Positions 19,106 to 27,549 of a stretch of 42,306 nt of DNA are shown here, in pieces. The stretch comes from Ilumatobacteraceae bacterium (lineage in GTDB: Bacteria > Actinomycetota > Acidimicrobiia > Acidimicrobiales > Ilumatobacteraceae). The position numbers and the translations under genes are program-made. The notes under the pieces were generated by a model that saw nothing but the letters and a program-made list of their open reading frames with translations, did no database searches and was not told the origin of the DNA. Location: NCBI GenBank assembly GCA_049593815.1, contig JBAWHL010000531.1, positions 1 through 42,306 of the forward strand, written 5' to 3'. How positions within the stretch are numbered: position 1 is the stretch's first letter; each line of letters starts with the position of its first letter.

Positions 19106-20208
19106 ACGTACTCCGCCGGGCCCCGTCCGAACCGTTGCTGCCATGCGACGGCGAGCGAGATGGCGACCACCCAGAACACGAGTGCGAACGCCAGGGCGGT
19201 GTCGATCCCGGCCGGTTCGATCCACCCCAGCCACTCCACGAGGACTTCGAACACCACGACGTGCAGGAGGTACAGCGTCAACGTCATCTGTCCCGCCCGT
19301 CGCAGGGGATCCGTCAGCTCCCGGTGACGGGTCGCCAGCCAGTCGAGGGCTGCGTACGCGATCAGCGCCGTGCCGAGCGCGCTGACCACATAGGCCACAC
19401 CACCCTCGAAGGGGCGGATCGACAGCACGACGTCGCCCCAGGTTCGCGTCGATCCGTCGACGGCCAGCGACGCGAGCGCGGCCGCGATCACCATCGTCGC
19501 GCCGAGGCCGAGTGCGGTCCGCCGCCACCACGAGGTGTGCAGGAGGCGGCCGAGCACGATGCCGGCACACAGGAAGCCGAGCCAGGGGAGCAGCGGATGG
19601 GTCCCGTTGACGACCACGCCGAATACGTAGCGATCAACCGACTGCGGATCGGGAGCGGTGAGCCAACGGGTGCTGTGGCCGGCGCGCTCCCGTTCGACGA
19701 CCCACCCACGCACGCCGGTGCCGGCAGCCACCGCGATCGATCCGATGAGGACGATCCAGCGCGTGCGCAGCGTGAACAGCGACGCAGCGATCACGAACAT
19801 CACGCCGTAGTACGGAAGGATCGTGCCGGGCCAGACCTGGTCGAGCAACAGTCCCACGACGTACAACAGGACGCCGCGCCGCGCCAGTCGCCAGCGGGCG
19901 GCGGTGACGCGATCGGGCGATCCGATGGAGCGGCGCGTGAGCAGGGTCACGCCGACGCCGGCGACCAGGACGAAGGTGGCCGCGAAACGTGTCGACAGGG
20001 GGCCGACCCACGGGTCGAAGAACATCGTCGACCAGCCGTCACCGATGGGGGAGCGCCCGCGGTCGGCCAGCAGGAGGTACCCGTGGTAGTTCATGACCAC
20101 GACGCCGATGAGCGCCACGGCGCGTACGACGTCGGGGCCCGGCAGGCGGTCTGCCGGAGCGGTCGGCGGTCGTGGGGCGTTCGGTCGTGGCGTGGGGGTC
20201 AGAGCCAT
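19084..20208 (-). CDS. DUF418/DUF1624 (YeiB-like) polytopic membrane protein
   Basis: 374 aa. RAVALIGVVVMNYHGYL and about 9 TM segments are typical of the YeiB/heparan-glucosaminide-acyltransferase-like family. Confidence 0.72.
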   Translation of the reverse strand: MALTPTPRPNAPRPPTAPADRLPGPDVVRAVALIGVVVMNYHGYLLLADRGRSPIGDGWSTMFFDPWVGPLSTRFAATFVLVAGVGVTLLTRRSIGSPDRVTAARWRLARRGVLLYVVGLLLDQVWPGTILPYYGVMFVIAASLFTLRTRWIVLIGSIAVAAGTGVRGWVVERERAGHSTRWLTAPDPQSVDRYVFGVVVNGTHPLLPWLGFLCAGIVLGRLLHTSWWRRTALGLGATMVIAAALASLAVDGSTRTWGDVVLSIRPFEGGVAYVVSALGTALIAYAALDWLATRHRELTDPLRRAGQMTLTLYLLHVVVFEVLVEWLGWIEPAGIDTALAFALVFWVVAISLAVAWQQRFGRGPAEYVYRSFGG

Positions 20209-21152
20209 TCGAATCGATCGACCGCCGTCGTGATCAGCGGGCGCTGGAGATCGACGCGATCGCCGATCGACGGCAGCGGATCACCGTCGGGGACGAACGC
20301 CATCGAGGTGTGCATGTGTGGCGGCTCGTGCAACGCCAGCCGTGTGCGCTCGAAGTGGAACGGGCTGAGGCCGCCAGCGAGTTCCGCAACGCCACCGGCG
20401 CTGCCCGCGCCGATCATGACGAGATGGCCCGATGCGGGCACGCTGGACAATCGGTAGCCGGCGCGATCGCCGCTGGCGATCGGCCGCACGTCGATCACAT
20501 CGGCAGTGAGCTGGAGGAACGACTTGTCCCCGTGCCAGAGCGCCGTGCCGAGGCGGAGTCGGTAGCGGCGCGCGGTGGGGAGCGCGGTGGGGAGCGCGGC
20601 GTAGTCGACCGGGTCGATGTGGCTCAGCCACACCGGGATCGCGGGGTCGATGTCGTCGATCGCGCGCACGATCTCGTCACGGTGATCGGCCGACGTCCCG
20701 GCGAGGGGCGGGTGGATGCTCACGCCGACGACCTCGAGCCCGGCGGCATCGGCCGCATCGATCAGGTGGGCGTCGCCGCCGAACCGTCGCATCGACGACG
20801 CGAGCTTCACGACGACTCGACCGTTCCACCCTGCGAGGGCGTCGATGTGGGCGTGGTGTCCCACGGTGAGGATCGGCGCCGTCGAGTCGGGCATGGTCAA
20901 CGTCGGCGTGAGGACCGCGACGTCGGTGCTGGTGCCGACCGCCGTCGAGCCGAGCACGTCGAGCACATCGAGTTCGTCGATCGTGCCCACGGCGATCGTG
21001 TCGCTGAACTCGGCAGCGATGCGGGCGAGCGCCAGCCGACCGAAGCCATAGCCGTTGCCCTTGACCACGGGGACCAGGCCATCGATGCTGCTGGCGACAC
21101 GAGCGACGTGGCTCCGCCACATCGCGGTACGCACGGTGAGCCGGATCGTCAC
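20199..21152 (-). CDS. Alanine racemase-family (fold type III PLP) protein
   Basis: C-terminal ~317 aa of ORF 20199..21401 (-), from the in-frame GTG 21152. VVKGNGYGFG matches the PLP-lysine motif of alanine racemases. Its stop overlaps the DUF418 start by 10 nt (ATGGCTCTGA). Confidence 0.68.
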   Translation of the reverse strand: MTIRLTVRTAMWRSHVARVASSIDGLVPVVKGNGYGFGRLALARIAAEFSDTIAVGTIDELDVLDVLGSTAVGTSTDVAVLTPTLTMPDSTAPILTVGHHAHIDALAGWNGRVVVKLASSMRRFGGDAHLIDAADAAGLEVVGVSIHPPLAGTSADHRDEIVRAIDDIDPAIPVWLSHIDPVDYAALPTALPTARRYRLRLGTALWHGDKSFLQLTADVIDVRPIASGDRAGYRLSSVPASGHLVMIGAGSAGGVAELAGGLSPFHFERTRLALHEPPHMHTSMAFVPDGDPLPSIGDRVDLQRPLITTAVDRFEWL

Positions 21153-21267
21153 CTCGTCGACGGTAGCTGGCCCGCACGGGCCCCAGCGGTCTGCGTCAGT
21201 GGCAAGGTTGCGCCCGGGCGTAATCCCGACTGTTCCGATCGGCTTTGTCGGCGATATCGTCCGGAGG

Positions 21268-21801
21268 ATGGCGACGACGTCGGTGTTCAGCTTCCCGAAT
21301 CCCGTGAACGAGACCTCCGCGCGTCTGGTCGCCGCTGGTGTGGTGGTGCAGGCCATCGCCTTCCTCGTGCTGCGTGAGGGCTGGATCCTGATCCCGCTCA
21401 CCTACGGATTCGCCGCCCGCGTCGCCACTGGACCGACGCTGTCGCCGCTCGGTCAGGTCTCGACCCGGATCGCGACGCCGTGGGTGGAGGCTCGTCGCCG
21501 GCGAGACGACCCGACGGTCGAGTCCCGACTGGTTCCCGGCCAACCGAAACGGTTCGCGCAGGCCATCGGTCTGGGGTTCACCGCCGCGGCATCGGTTGCC
21601 TGGATCGTCGGCGCACCGACGGTCGCACTCGTGCTGATCGTGATGCTCACCGTGGCGGCGACGCTCGAAGCCGTCGTCGCGGTGTGTCTCGGATGCATCG
21701 CCTACAGCGCGCTGTGGGGCTGCGCGGACTGCGACGACATCAGCGATCGTCTGCGCCGAGCGCTCGCCGAATCTCGTCAGCTCGCCGACGCTGACGCCTG
21801 A
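21268..21801 (+). CDS. DUF4395 family membrane protein
   Basis: In-frame ATG 21268 within ORF 21055..21801. About 177 aa with 4 TM segments, FPNPVNETSARLVA at the N-terminus and a Cys-rich tail CLGCIAYSALWGCADC. Confidence 0.65.
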   Translation: MATTSVFSFPNPVNETSARLVAAGVVVQAIAFLVLREGWILIPLTYGFAARVATGPTLSPLGQVSTRIATPWVEARRRRDDPTVESRLVPGQPKRFAQAIGLGFTAAASVAWIVGAPTVALVLIVMLTVAATLEAVVAVCLGCIAYSALWGCADCDDISDRLRRALAESRQLADADA

Positions 21802-21935
21802 TCGTCCTGCCGCCCGACTCGTGCCCGACCGTCGGCGTCGCGCTGGGCCGTTGCGTTGTGGCATCGAGCTGGGCCGTGGCGCTGGGCCGTCGCGCTGTGT
21901 CGATCGGTTGGCGCGGCAGCCGCGAATCGTGGTGG

Positions 21936-23261
21936 TCAGCGTGACGACGTGCGACCGGGCCACGCACGCAGACGCGGGATGATCGGGTCGGCGGTCCGGT
22001 GCCGGAACATCCCCGTCCACACCCCCCAGCCGTAGGCGACATCGGTCGGCGTCGACCTCGGATCTGCCACGACCGACGCCACCGCCAGCCATCGGCAACG
22101 GCGAGAGAACAGCGAGCCGAGGGCAACGAGCGGCCACCAGACGCGCCGCACGGCCGACGCGAGCTGCTGCCCCGCCAGCAGATGTCCACGCATCGCCAAC
22201 TCGAACGACGGACGGCGCGGCAGGCCGGGCAGCTTGCGTTCGAGTGCGGCGGCGCTGCCCACCGCGATCGTGACACCGGTCGCGAGGTGCCCGCCGAGGA
22301 CGGCCAGCCAGGCCGCCGCTGTCCAGCCATTGATCTGCACGGGGGAGAGCGCTCCGGGGTGCCGCAGCGCGAGCGGAGCGGCCGACGTGCCGTAGCCGGC
22401 GTGCTGACGCAGACGTGCCCGCCACGTCGATCGGGGCTCGTGCCACACGCTGATGGACGGATCGAATCGGCATCGCCACCCTGCTTGGTCGAGACGCCAG
22501 ACGAGATCGACGTCCTCGCCGAACCGCAGCCCCGGATCGAACCAGCCGACGGCGTCGAGCGCTTCGACCCGCACCAGCAGCGCGGCACCAGGGACGTAGC
22601 TGACCCGGGTCCCGGCCCGGATGCGCGCCGGTTCCCGACCGAGATCGAGCGGCGACGCGTTCTCGCCGGCAACCCGCGGGGCGACGAGCGCGACCGTCGG
22701 GTCGTCGAAGTGCCACAGCAACGGCTGGACCCAGTCGGCGAGGTCGGGCGGCACGGTCACGTCGGCATCGAGAAACGCCACGAGCGCGGTCCGCACCAGC
22801 GGGCGTGCAGCGTTGCGTGCCGCAGCCGGGCCCGCGTTGGTGTGCAGTCTGGCTGCGGCGCCGGCGAGTGGCGGCGTCGTGCCGTCGTCGATCGTCAGGC
22901 GGCCGTCGTCGTGGACGTCCCGGTGGATGTCCTGGTGGACGTGCTGGTGGATGTCCTGGTGGATGTCCTGGTGGATGTCACCCGCTGACGCTCGGCCGCG
23001 GGAGAGCGGGCCGTACTGCGGGGTGACGACGGTGACGTCCTCGGTGCCGAATCGAGGCGGCCGTCCGGGGTCGGGAAGCGGATGGATCGCCCCGGCGTCG
23101 AGCAGTCGATCGACCAGGTGCGATGCGTCGACGTCGTCGTCGGACTCGAGGCGTCGTGCCACTGCGGTGCCCGCGGCGGTGGTCCTGAAGACGCGCAGCG
23201 GCGAACCGGCGAGGATCAGCGAGCCGTGTCGACTCCACGAGCCATCGCGCCGGAACCGCAC
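21936..23261 (-). CDS. mftF: Mycofactocin-system glycosyltransferase (GT2), MftF-like
   Basis: ORF 21936..23414 (-); the likely start is GTG 23261, 1 nt after the mftE stop. Recalled similarity to mycobacterial MftF along the whole length: AGSPLRVFRTT, AFLDADV, DPTVALVAPRV, VSYVPGAA, GEDVDLVWRL, YGTSAAPLALRHP, SRRCRW, DVAYGWGVW. Confidence 0.78.
   Translation of the reverse strand: MRFRRDGSWSRHGSLILAGSPLRVFRTTAAGTAVARRLESDDDVDASHLVDRLLDAGAIHPLPDPGRPPRFGTEDVTVVTPQYGPLSRGRASAGDIHQDIHQDIHQHVHQDIHRDVHDDGRLTIDDGTTPPLAGAAARLHTNAGPAAARNAARPLVRTALVAFLDADVTVPPDLADWVQPLLWHFDDPTVALVAPRVAGENASPLDLGREPARIRAGTRVSYVPGAALLVRVEALDAVGWFDPGLRFGEDVDLVWRLDQAGWRCRFDPSISVWHEPRSTWRARLRQHAGYGTSAAPLALRHPGALSPVQINGWTAAAWLAVLGGHLATGVTIAVGSAAALERKLPGLPRRPSFELAMRGHLLAGQQLASAVRRVWWPLVALGSLFSRRCRWLAVASVVADPRSTPTDVAYGWGVWTGMFRHRTADPIIPRLRAWPGRTSSR
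22911..22982. repeat. 12-bp tandem repeat x6 (GTGGATGTCCTG-like) inside mftF, encoding (DIHQ)n
   Basis: Units at 22911, 22923, 22935, 22947, 22959 and 22971. The minus-strand in-frame translation is GDIHQDIHQDIHQHVHQDIHRDVHD. Confidence 0.92.
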
Positions 23262-23262
23262 G

Positions 23263-24048
23263 TCAACGCTGGGTGTCGAGGTCGAGTGGCCGCCAACGTT
23301 CGATCTGGTGGACGAGATCCTCGACGAACTGGCCGATGAACTTCTCGCCCTCGCGGCCCGACGCGCCGTCGGGGTCGCCGAGGACGCCGTTCGGGCTGAC
23401 CGCTCGGACGCCACGCGACCGCAGGTCGTCGATCGAGGCGTCCGCGCCCGCCTCGGCGAGCTCGAGTCTGACCAGGCCCGGATCGATCGCCAGCATCATC
23501 GAGGTCTCGATCCGCCCGGCGTGCAGGTCTGCAGGTCCGCCGTCGCGCCGACGGGGCCACGACGGCGTCCAGGCGAGCACCCGTCGACCTTCGGACTCGA
23601 GGGTCGCAGTCGCCACCGACACCGCTGCATGGTTCCCGCCGTGACCGTTCACGAGCACGACGCCGGCAGCCCAGTCGGCACTGCGCACGAGCTCGACGAT
23701 CACCATCGCGGTCGCCTCGGTTCCGATGGAGAGCGTCCCGGGGAATGCTGCGTGTTCGCCCGACGCGGTGACGCTCAGGGTTGGGCCGACCATCAGTCCG
23801 TCGGTGTGATGGATCGCGCGGCCGGCGAGCTCCTCGGCGATGAGCGTGTCGGTGGCGAGCGGCAGATGCGGCCCGTGTTGCTCGGTCGACCCGAGCGGGA
23901 TCAGCAGGATCGGGGCGGGGGTGGAGGCGGCCCCGCCCGGCGGCGACGTCGGCGACTCCCGATCGGTTCCTGCCGGCGACGTCCGTTGCGCAGGCGCGGA
24001 GCGGATGGCGTTGTCGACCTCGGTCCAGGTCGCGTCACCGAGTCGCAT
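23263..24048 (-). CDS. mftE: Mycofactocin maturation peptidase, creatininase family, MftE-like
   Basis: 261 aa. Motifs LGSTEQHGPHLPLATDT, SGEHAAFPGTLSIG, VNGHGGN, HAGRIETS and AVSPNGVLGDP. It lies immediately upstream of the MftF-like GT2. Confidence 0.78.
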   Translation of the reverse strand: MRLGDATWTEVDNAIRSAPAQRTSPAGTDRESPTSPPGGAASTPAPILLIPLGSTEQHGPHLPLATDTLIAEELAGRAIHHTDGLMVGPTLSVTASGEHAAFPGTLSIGTEATAMVIVELVRSADWAAGVVLVNGHGGNHAAVSVATATLESEGRRVLAWTPSWPRRRDGGPADLHAGRIETSMMLAIDPGLVRLELAEAGADASIDDLRSRGVRAVSPNGVLGDPDGASGREGEKFIGQFVEDLVHQIERWRPLDLDTQR

Positions 24049-24057
24049 CGGTGTCGC

Positions 24058-24870
24058 TCACGTGTCGGGGGCGTCGAGATAGCCCCAGTCGCGCAGTTGC
24101 TCGAGGATGCGGCGGGCCGCATCCGGCGGGTCGAGGGTGACGAGTTCGGCGTGGTTGTCGCCGCCACCGACGTCCAGGATCTGGCGGACGCGTTCGAGTG
24201 AGTCGCCACGCGGTGCGGCGACCGCACGGGTGCGCGGGCGATACGGCTGCACCTCGGCCTCGGAGGGCTGTCCGGGTGGACCGGTGACCGTGGCGACCTC
24301 GGCTCGGCGCGTCGCCAACGACGCCGCCATCGGCGCTCGTCGCAGGCGGGCGACCGCTCCCTCCACGGACAACACGGCGGGCACGTCGACATCGAGGATC
24401 TCGCGGCGGCCACCGTCGAGCCGCCGCGTCACCCGGAGCGAGCCGAACGTCGGTCCCTGCGGTTCGACACTGACGAGTCCGAGTGCTTGGGCGCACCCGA
24501 GTTCGTCGGCGATGAAGGCGGGCACCGAGCCGGTGCCGCGGTCGACGGATGCATCACCGCAGAGCACGAGATCGGCGTCGGTTGCGTGCGCCGCGAGCGC
24601 CGCAGCGACGACCCGGCTGTCGAGTTCGGACGAGGCGTCGATGCGCGTGACGTGGTCGGCCCCGACCGCCAGCGCAGTGCGCAGTGCGTCGTCGGCAGCC
24701 GCGGACCCCACGCACACCACGTGGACCGTCGCCGGCGGGTCGGCGGACGCAGCGAGCGTGAGCGCGGTCTCGAGTGCTGCCTCGTCGGCGTTCGAGACAC
24801 CCGACCAGCGCGGGTCGGCGATGCGTTCGGCGTCGAGCGACACCCACTTCCAACAGACGAGGATCTTCAT
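24058..24870 (-). CDS. etfB: Electron transfer flavoprotein beta subunit (EtfB/FixA)
   Basis: 270 aa. MKILVCWKWV..., DEAALETALTLA and LVLCGDASVDRGTGSVPAFIADELG are typical of ETF beta. Confidence 0.9.
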   Translation of the reverse strand: MKILVCWKWVSLDAERIADPRWSGVSNADEAALETALTLAASADPPATVHVVCVGSAAADDALRTALAVGADHVTRIDASSELDSRVVAAALAAHATDADLVLCGDASVDRGTGSVPAFIADELGCAQALGLVSVEPQGPTFGSLRVTRRLDGGRREILDVDVPAVLSVEGAVARLRRAPMAASLATRRAEVATVTGPPGQPSEAEVQPYRPRTRAVAAPRGDSLERVRQILDVGGGDNHAELVTLDPPDAARRILEQLRDWGYLDAPDT

Positions 24871-24951
24871 CGTGGGTGACTGTTCATCGTGCTGGTCGGC
24901 TCATCGTGCTGGTCGGCTCATCGTGTGGGTCGGTTCGTCCTGCGGGCCGTC
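24867..24951. repeat. 17-bp tandem repeat x5 between fixX and etfB (TCATCGTGCTGGTCGGC-like)
   Basis: TCAT occurs at 24867, 24884, 24901 and 24918, followed by a degenerate TCGT at 24935. The fixX stop (TCA) follows at 24952. The period is exactly 17 throughout. Confidence 0.92.
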
Positions 24952-25248
24952 TCAGGACCGCTTGAAGACGACACCGTGGCCGCCCTCGGGATAGGTCCAG
25001 GTGATCGCGCCGTCCTTGTTGCAGACGAGGTAGCAGGTGCCGCACTCGAAGCACTGCTCGTAGTTGAACAGGATGCCGCCGTCGCTGGTCGGGACGAACA
25101 GCTTCGCGGGACACGCCACGACGCACTCGCGCGTCGAGCAGTCGGCGCAGATGCCGTCGTCGACGGTGATGTGCGCGCGCTCGTGCACGTCGAAACGGGT
25201 CGAACCGATGAGATCCTCGAACGACACATCCGGCCAGCGTTCGATCAT
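24952..25248 (-). CDS. fixX: Ferredoxin-like protein FixX
   Basis: 98 aa. CADCSTRECVVACPA...CFECGTCYLVC and the size are typical of FixX. Its ATG overlaps the fixC stop (ATGA). Confidence 0.9.
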   Translation of the reverse strand: MIERWPDVSFEDLIGSTRFDVHERAHITVDDGICADCSTRECVVACPAKLFVPTSDGGILFNYEQCFECGTCYLVCNKDGAITWTYPEGGHGVVFKRS

Positions 25249-26558
25249 CCGAAGCTCCGCATTCCGTCGATGGCGTCGCGAGCGAGATCGCGCATTCTGA
25301 CCCCGGCGCGTTTGCGTTCGTCGTTGAGGATGCGTCGGAGGCCGGGCTTCGGCGTGGGGTTGTCGACGCGGAACATGCGCTCCACCGTATTGGCGATCAT
25401 CTCCGGGTAGAGGTGCTGGACGCGATCGGACAACACGAGCGACGGCGCCCGGCGAAGCTTGCGATGATCACGCAGCACGAACGTCTCGTTCAGACGGCGT
25501 TCGTATCCGGCGAGCCCCGCCTCGGACGGGTCGCCCTTGGCGAGTGCCTCGGCGGCGGCTTCACCGGCGTACATGCCACTCGCCATGGCGAAGTTGACCC
25601 CCTCGAGCCAGATGCCGGCCGCGAGACACAGCGCCGCAGCATCGCCGGCGACGAGCAGGCCGTCGCCGGTCATCTTGGGCATCATCTCCAGGCCGGCTTC
25701 GGGAATCACGTGCGCCGAGTACTCCTTGACCTCACCGCCTTCGACCAGCGGGGCGATGCCCGGATGTGACTTGAGGTTGGCGATGATCTCCTCGGGCCGT
25801 CGCTGCTGAGCAGCCAGCTTGGGGAGCTTCAACACGACGCCGACGGCGAGCGTGTCGAGGTTGGTGTAGACGAACCCGCCGCCGTTCACCCCCGACGTGC
25901 CACCGAGGATCTCGATGTCGACGCCCTCGCGGTCGCGGACGGCGAAGCGCTCGTCGATGACCTCCTTCGGCAGCGCGATCGTCTCTTTGACACCGACGGT
26001 GTAGTTGGCCGCGTCGACCTCGCCGTACAGCCCCGCTTCCTTGGCGAGAAAGCTGTTGACGCCGTCGCAGGCGATCACGATCGGCGCGTGCAGGTCGCCG
26101 TCGGGGCGGTCGGTGCGCACGCCCGTGACCGTGCCCCGCTCGTCGCGCAACAACCCCGTCACCGTCGTCGAACACACGAGGAGCGCGCCGTCGGCCTCGG
26201 CCTTCGATGCCAGCCAATGGTCCCAGTCCGGTCGGTAGGCGGTGGCGCCGTTGTACGGCGGCTTGCCCCAGTCGGCCGATCGGAAGTCGACGGTGAGCGC
26301 CTGGGTGTCGGTGAGGATCATGGTGGACCGACGGGTGATCCACCGCTGGATGGGTGCGTCCTCCCACCACTTCGGATGCAGCTGGTCGAGGATGCGCGGG
26401 TAGACGACGCCGCCGTACATGTTCTTCGATCCGGGGAACGTGCCGCGTTCCAGCAACACGACCGAATGGCCCTTTCGTGCCAGCACGGTGGCGGCTGCCG
26501 CTCCTGCGGGGCCGGCACCGACGACGATCGCGTCGAAGCTGGTCGAGGTGTCATGCAT
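25245..26558 (-). CDS. fixC: FAD-dependent oxidoreductase FixC (ETF:quinone oxidoreductase-like)
   Basis: ORF 25245..26582 (-). The Rossmann motif FDAIVVGAGPAGAAAA is present. ATG 26558 overlaps the etfA stop as ATGCATGA; 26582 is the alternative start. Confidence 0.9.
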   Translation of the reverse strand: MHDTSTSFDAIVVGAGPAGAAAATVLARKGHSVVLLERGTFPGSKNMYGGVVYPRILDQLHPKWWEDAPIQRWITRRSTMILTDTQALTVDFRSADWGKPPYNGATAYRPDWDHWLASKAEADGALLVCSTTVTGLLRDERGTVTGVRTDRPDGDLHAPIVIACDGVNSFLAKEAGLYGEVDAANYTVGVKETIALPKEVIDERFAVRDREGVDIEILGGTSGVNGGGFVYTNLDTLAVGVVLKLPKLAAQQRRPEEIIANLKSHPGIAPLVEGGEVKEYSAHVIPEAGLEMMPKMTGDGLLVAGDAAALCLAAGIWLEGVNFAMASGMYAGEAAAEALAKGDPSEAGLAGYERRLNETFVLRDHRKLRRAPSLVLSDRVQHLYPEMIANTVERMFRVDNPTPKPGLRRILNDERKRAGVRMRDLARDAIDGMRSFG

Positions 26559-27549
26559 CGTCGGCTCCCGTCGCGTCGGCATCCACGGGGTCTGCCGCGG
26601 GTTCGGTCGTCGTGTCGATCTCGGGCTCCGGCTCGTTCGCGAGCAACCGACGCAACTCGGCGAGTGTCTCGTTGGCGTCGCTCACGACCGCGAGGTCCGA
26701 CATCACCATCATCGGGCAGTGCGGGTCGGTGTTGACGCTGATGATGTGTTCGGGGTGCCCGAGTCCGCTCGTGTGCTGCACCGCGCCGCTGACGCCGAAG
26801 GACAGGTACAGCACCGGGTCGACGACGACGCCGGTGGTACCGATCTGGCGGTCGTGGTGCACCCATGACCGGTCGGTGATCACGCGGGTCGCCCCCATCA
26901 CCCCGCCGATCGACACGGCGAACTGGTCGAGTTGGGTGAACCGCTCCTCGGTGTCGAGACCGGCGCCGCCGCCGACGATCCGTCGAGCTTCGGCGAGGTC
27001 CATGGTCTGCACGTCGGGTGGGAGCACGTCGACGACGACCGCGTCGCGACACGCCGCAGACGCCGCGGCATCGGTGCCAGCGCTTCCGGGGTGGACACTG
27101 ATCGTCGGTGGTTCGGCGATGTCGAGCGGCTCGCGCACGCCCGCCTCCAGCGTGGCGACGAACGGACCACCCGGGCGACGCTCGTGGAGTTCCAGTCCGC
27201 CACGACGTGCGAGCCGCACGCGGTGCGCCGTGATCTCGGTTGCCCCCGAGAGCAGCGGGCGGTCGAGCCTCGCCGCGAGTCGGGGAGCGAGGTCGCGCCC
27301 GTCGGGAGTGTGTGGCAACACGACGATCGCCGAGTCGTCGAGGTCTTCGACGATCGGAGCGAGCGTCGCCGCCCATCGGGCGGGCTCCACTGCGCCGAGT
27401 TCGACCAACAGCGCGTCGGTGGCGATGCCGACGACGTCGGCGGTGTCGGTGGCCGACCCGGCGATGATCACGCGACCAGCGCACTCGGCGATCGCCTCGG
27501 CCGCGCCGGCGGGCAGGACGCCGTCACGAACCGGAACCACAGCGATCAT
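26551..27549 (-). CDS. etfA: Electron transfer flavoprotein alpha subunit (EtfA/FixB)
   Basis: In-frame ATG 27549 within ORF 26551..27780 (-), 332 aa. The FAD-binding C-terminal half contains VLYLSFGVSGAVQHTSGL and IISVNTDPHCPM. Confidence 0.9.
   Translation of the reverse strand: MIAVVPVRDGVLPAGAAEAIAECAGRVIIAGSATDTADVVGIATDALLVELGAVEPARWAATLAPIVEDLDDSAIVVLPHTPDGRDLAPRLAARLDRPLLSGATEITAHRVRLARRGGLELHERRPGGPFVATLEAGVREPLDIAEPPTISVHPGSAGTDAAASAACRDAVVVDVLPPDVQTMDLAEARRIVGGGAGLDTEERFTQLDQFAVSIGGVMGATRVITDRSWVHHDRQIGTTGVVVDPVLYLSFGVSGAVQHTSGLGHPEHIISVNTDPHCPMMVMSDLAVVSDANETLAELRRLLANEPEPEIDTTTEPAADPVDADATGADDA

Noticed and set aside
21836-21900. Reiterated GCTGGGCCGT / CGTCGCGCTG motifs between the DUF4395 and mftF stops.
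   Set aside because: These are short, irregularly spaced direct repeats with no clear hairpin or periodicity. That is insufficient to call a defined element.
24867-24951. Tandem repeats (here and at 2718, 22911, 39060) considered as CRISPR arrays.
   Set aside because: The units are directly adjacent with no spacers and are only 12-45 bp long. No cas genes are present.
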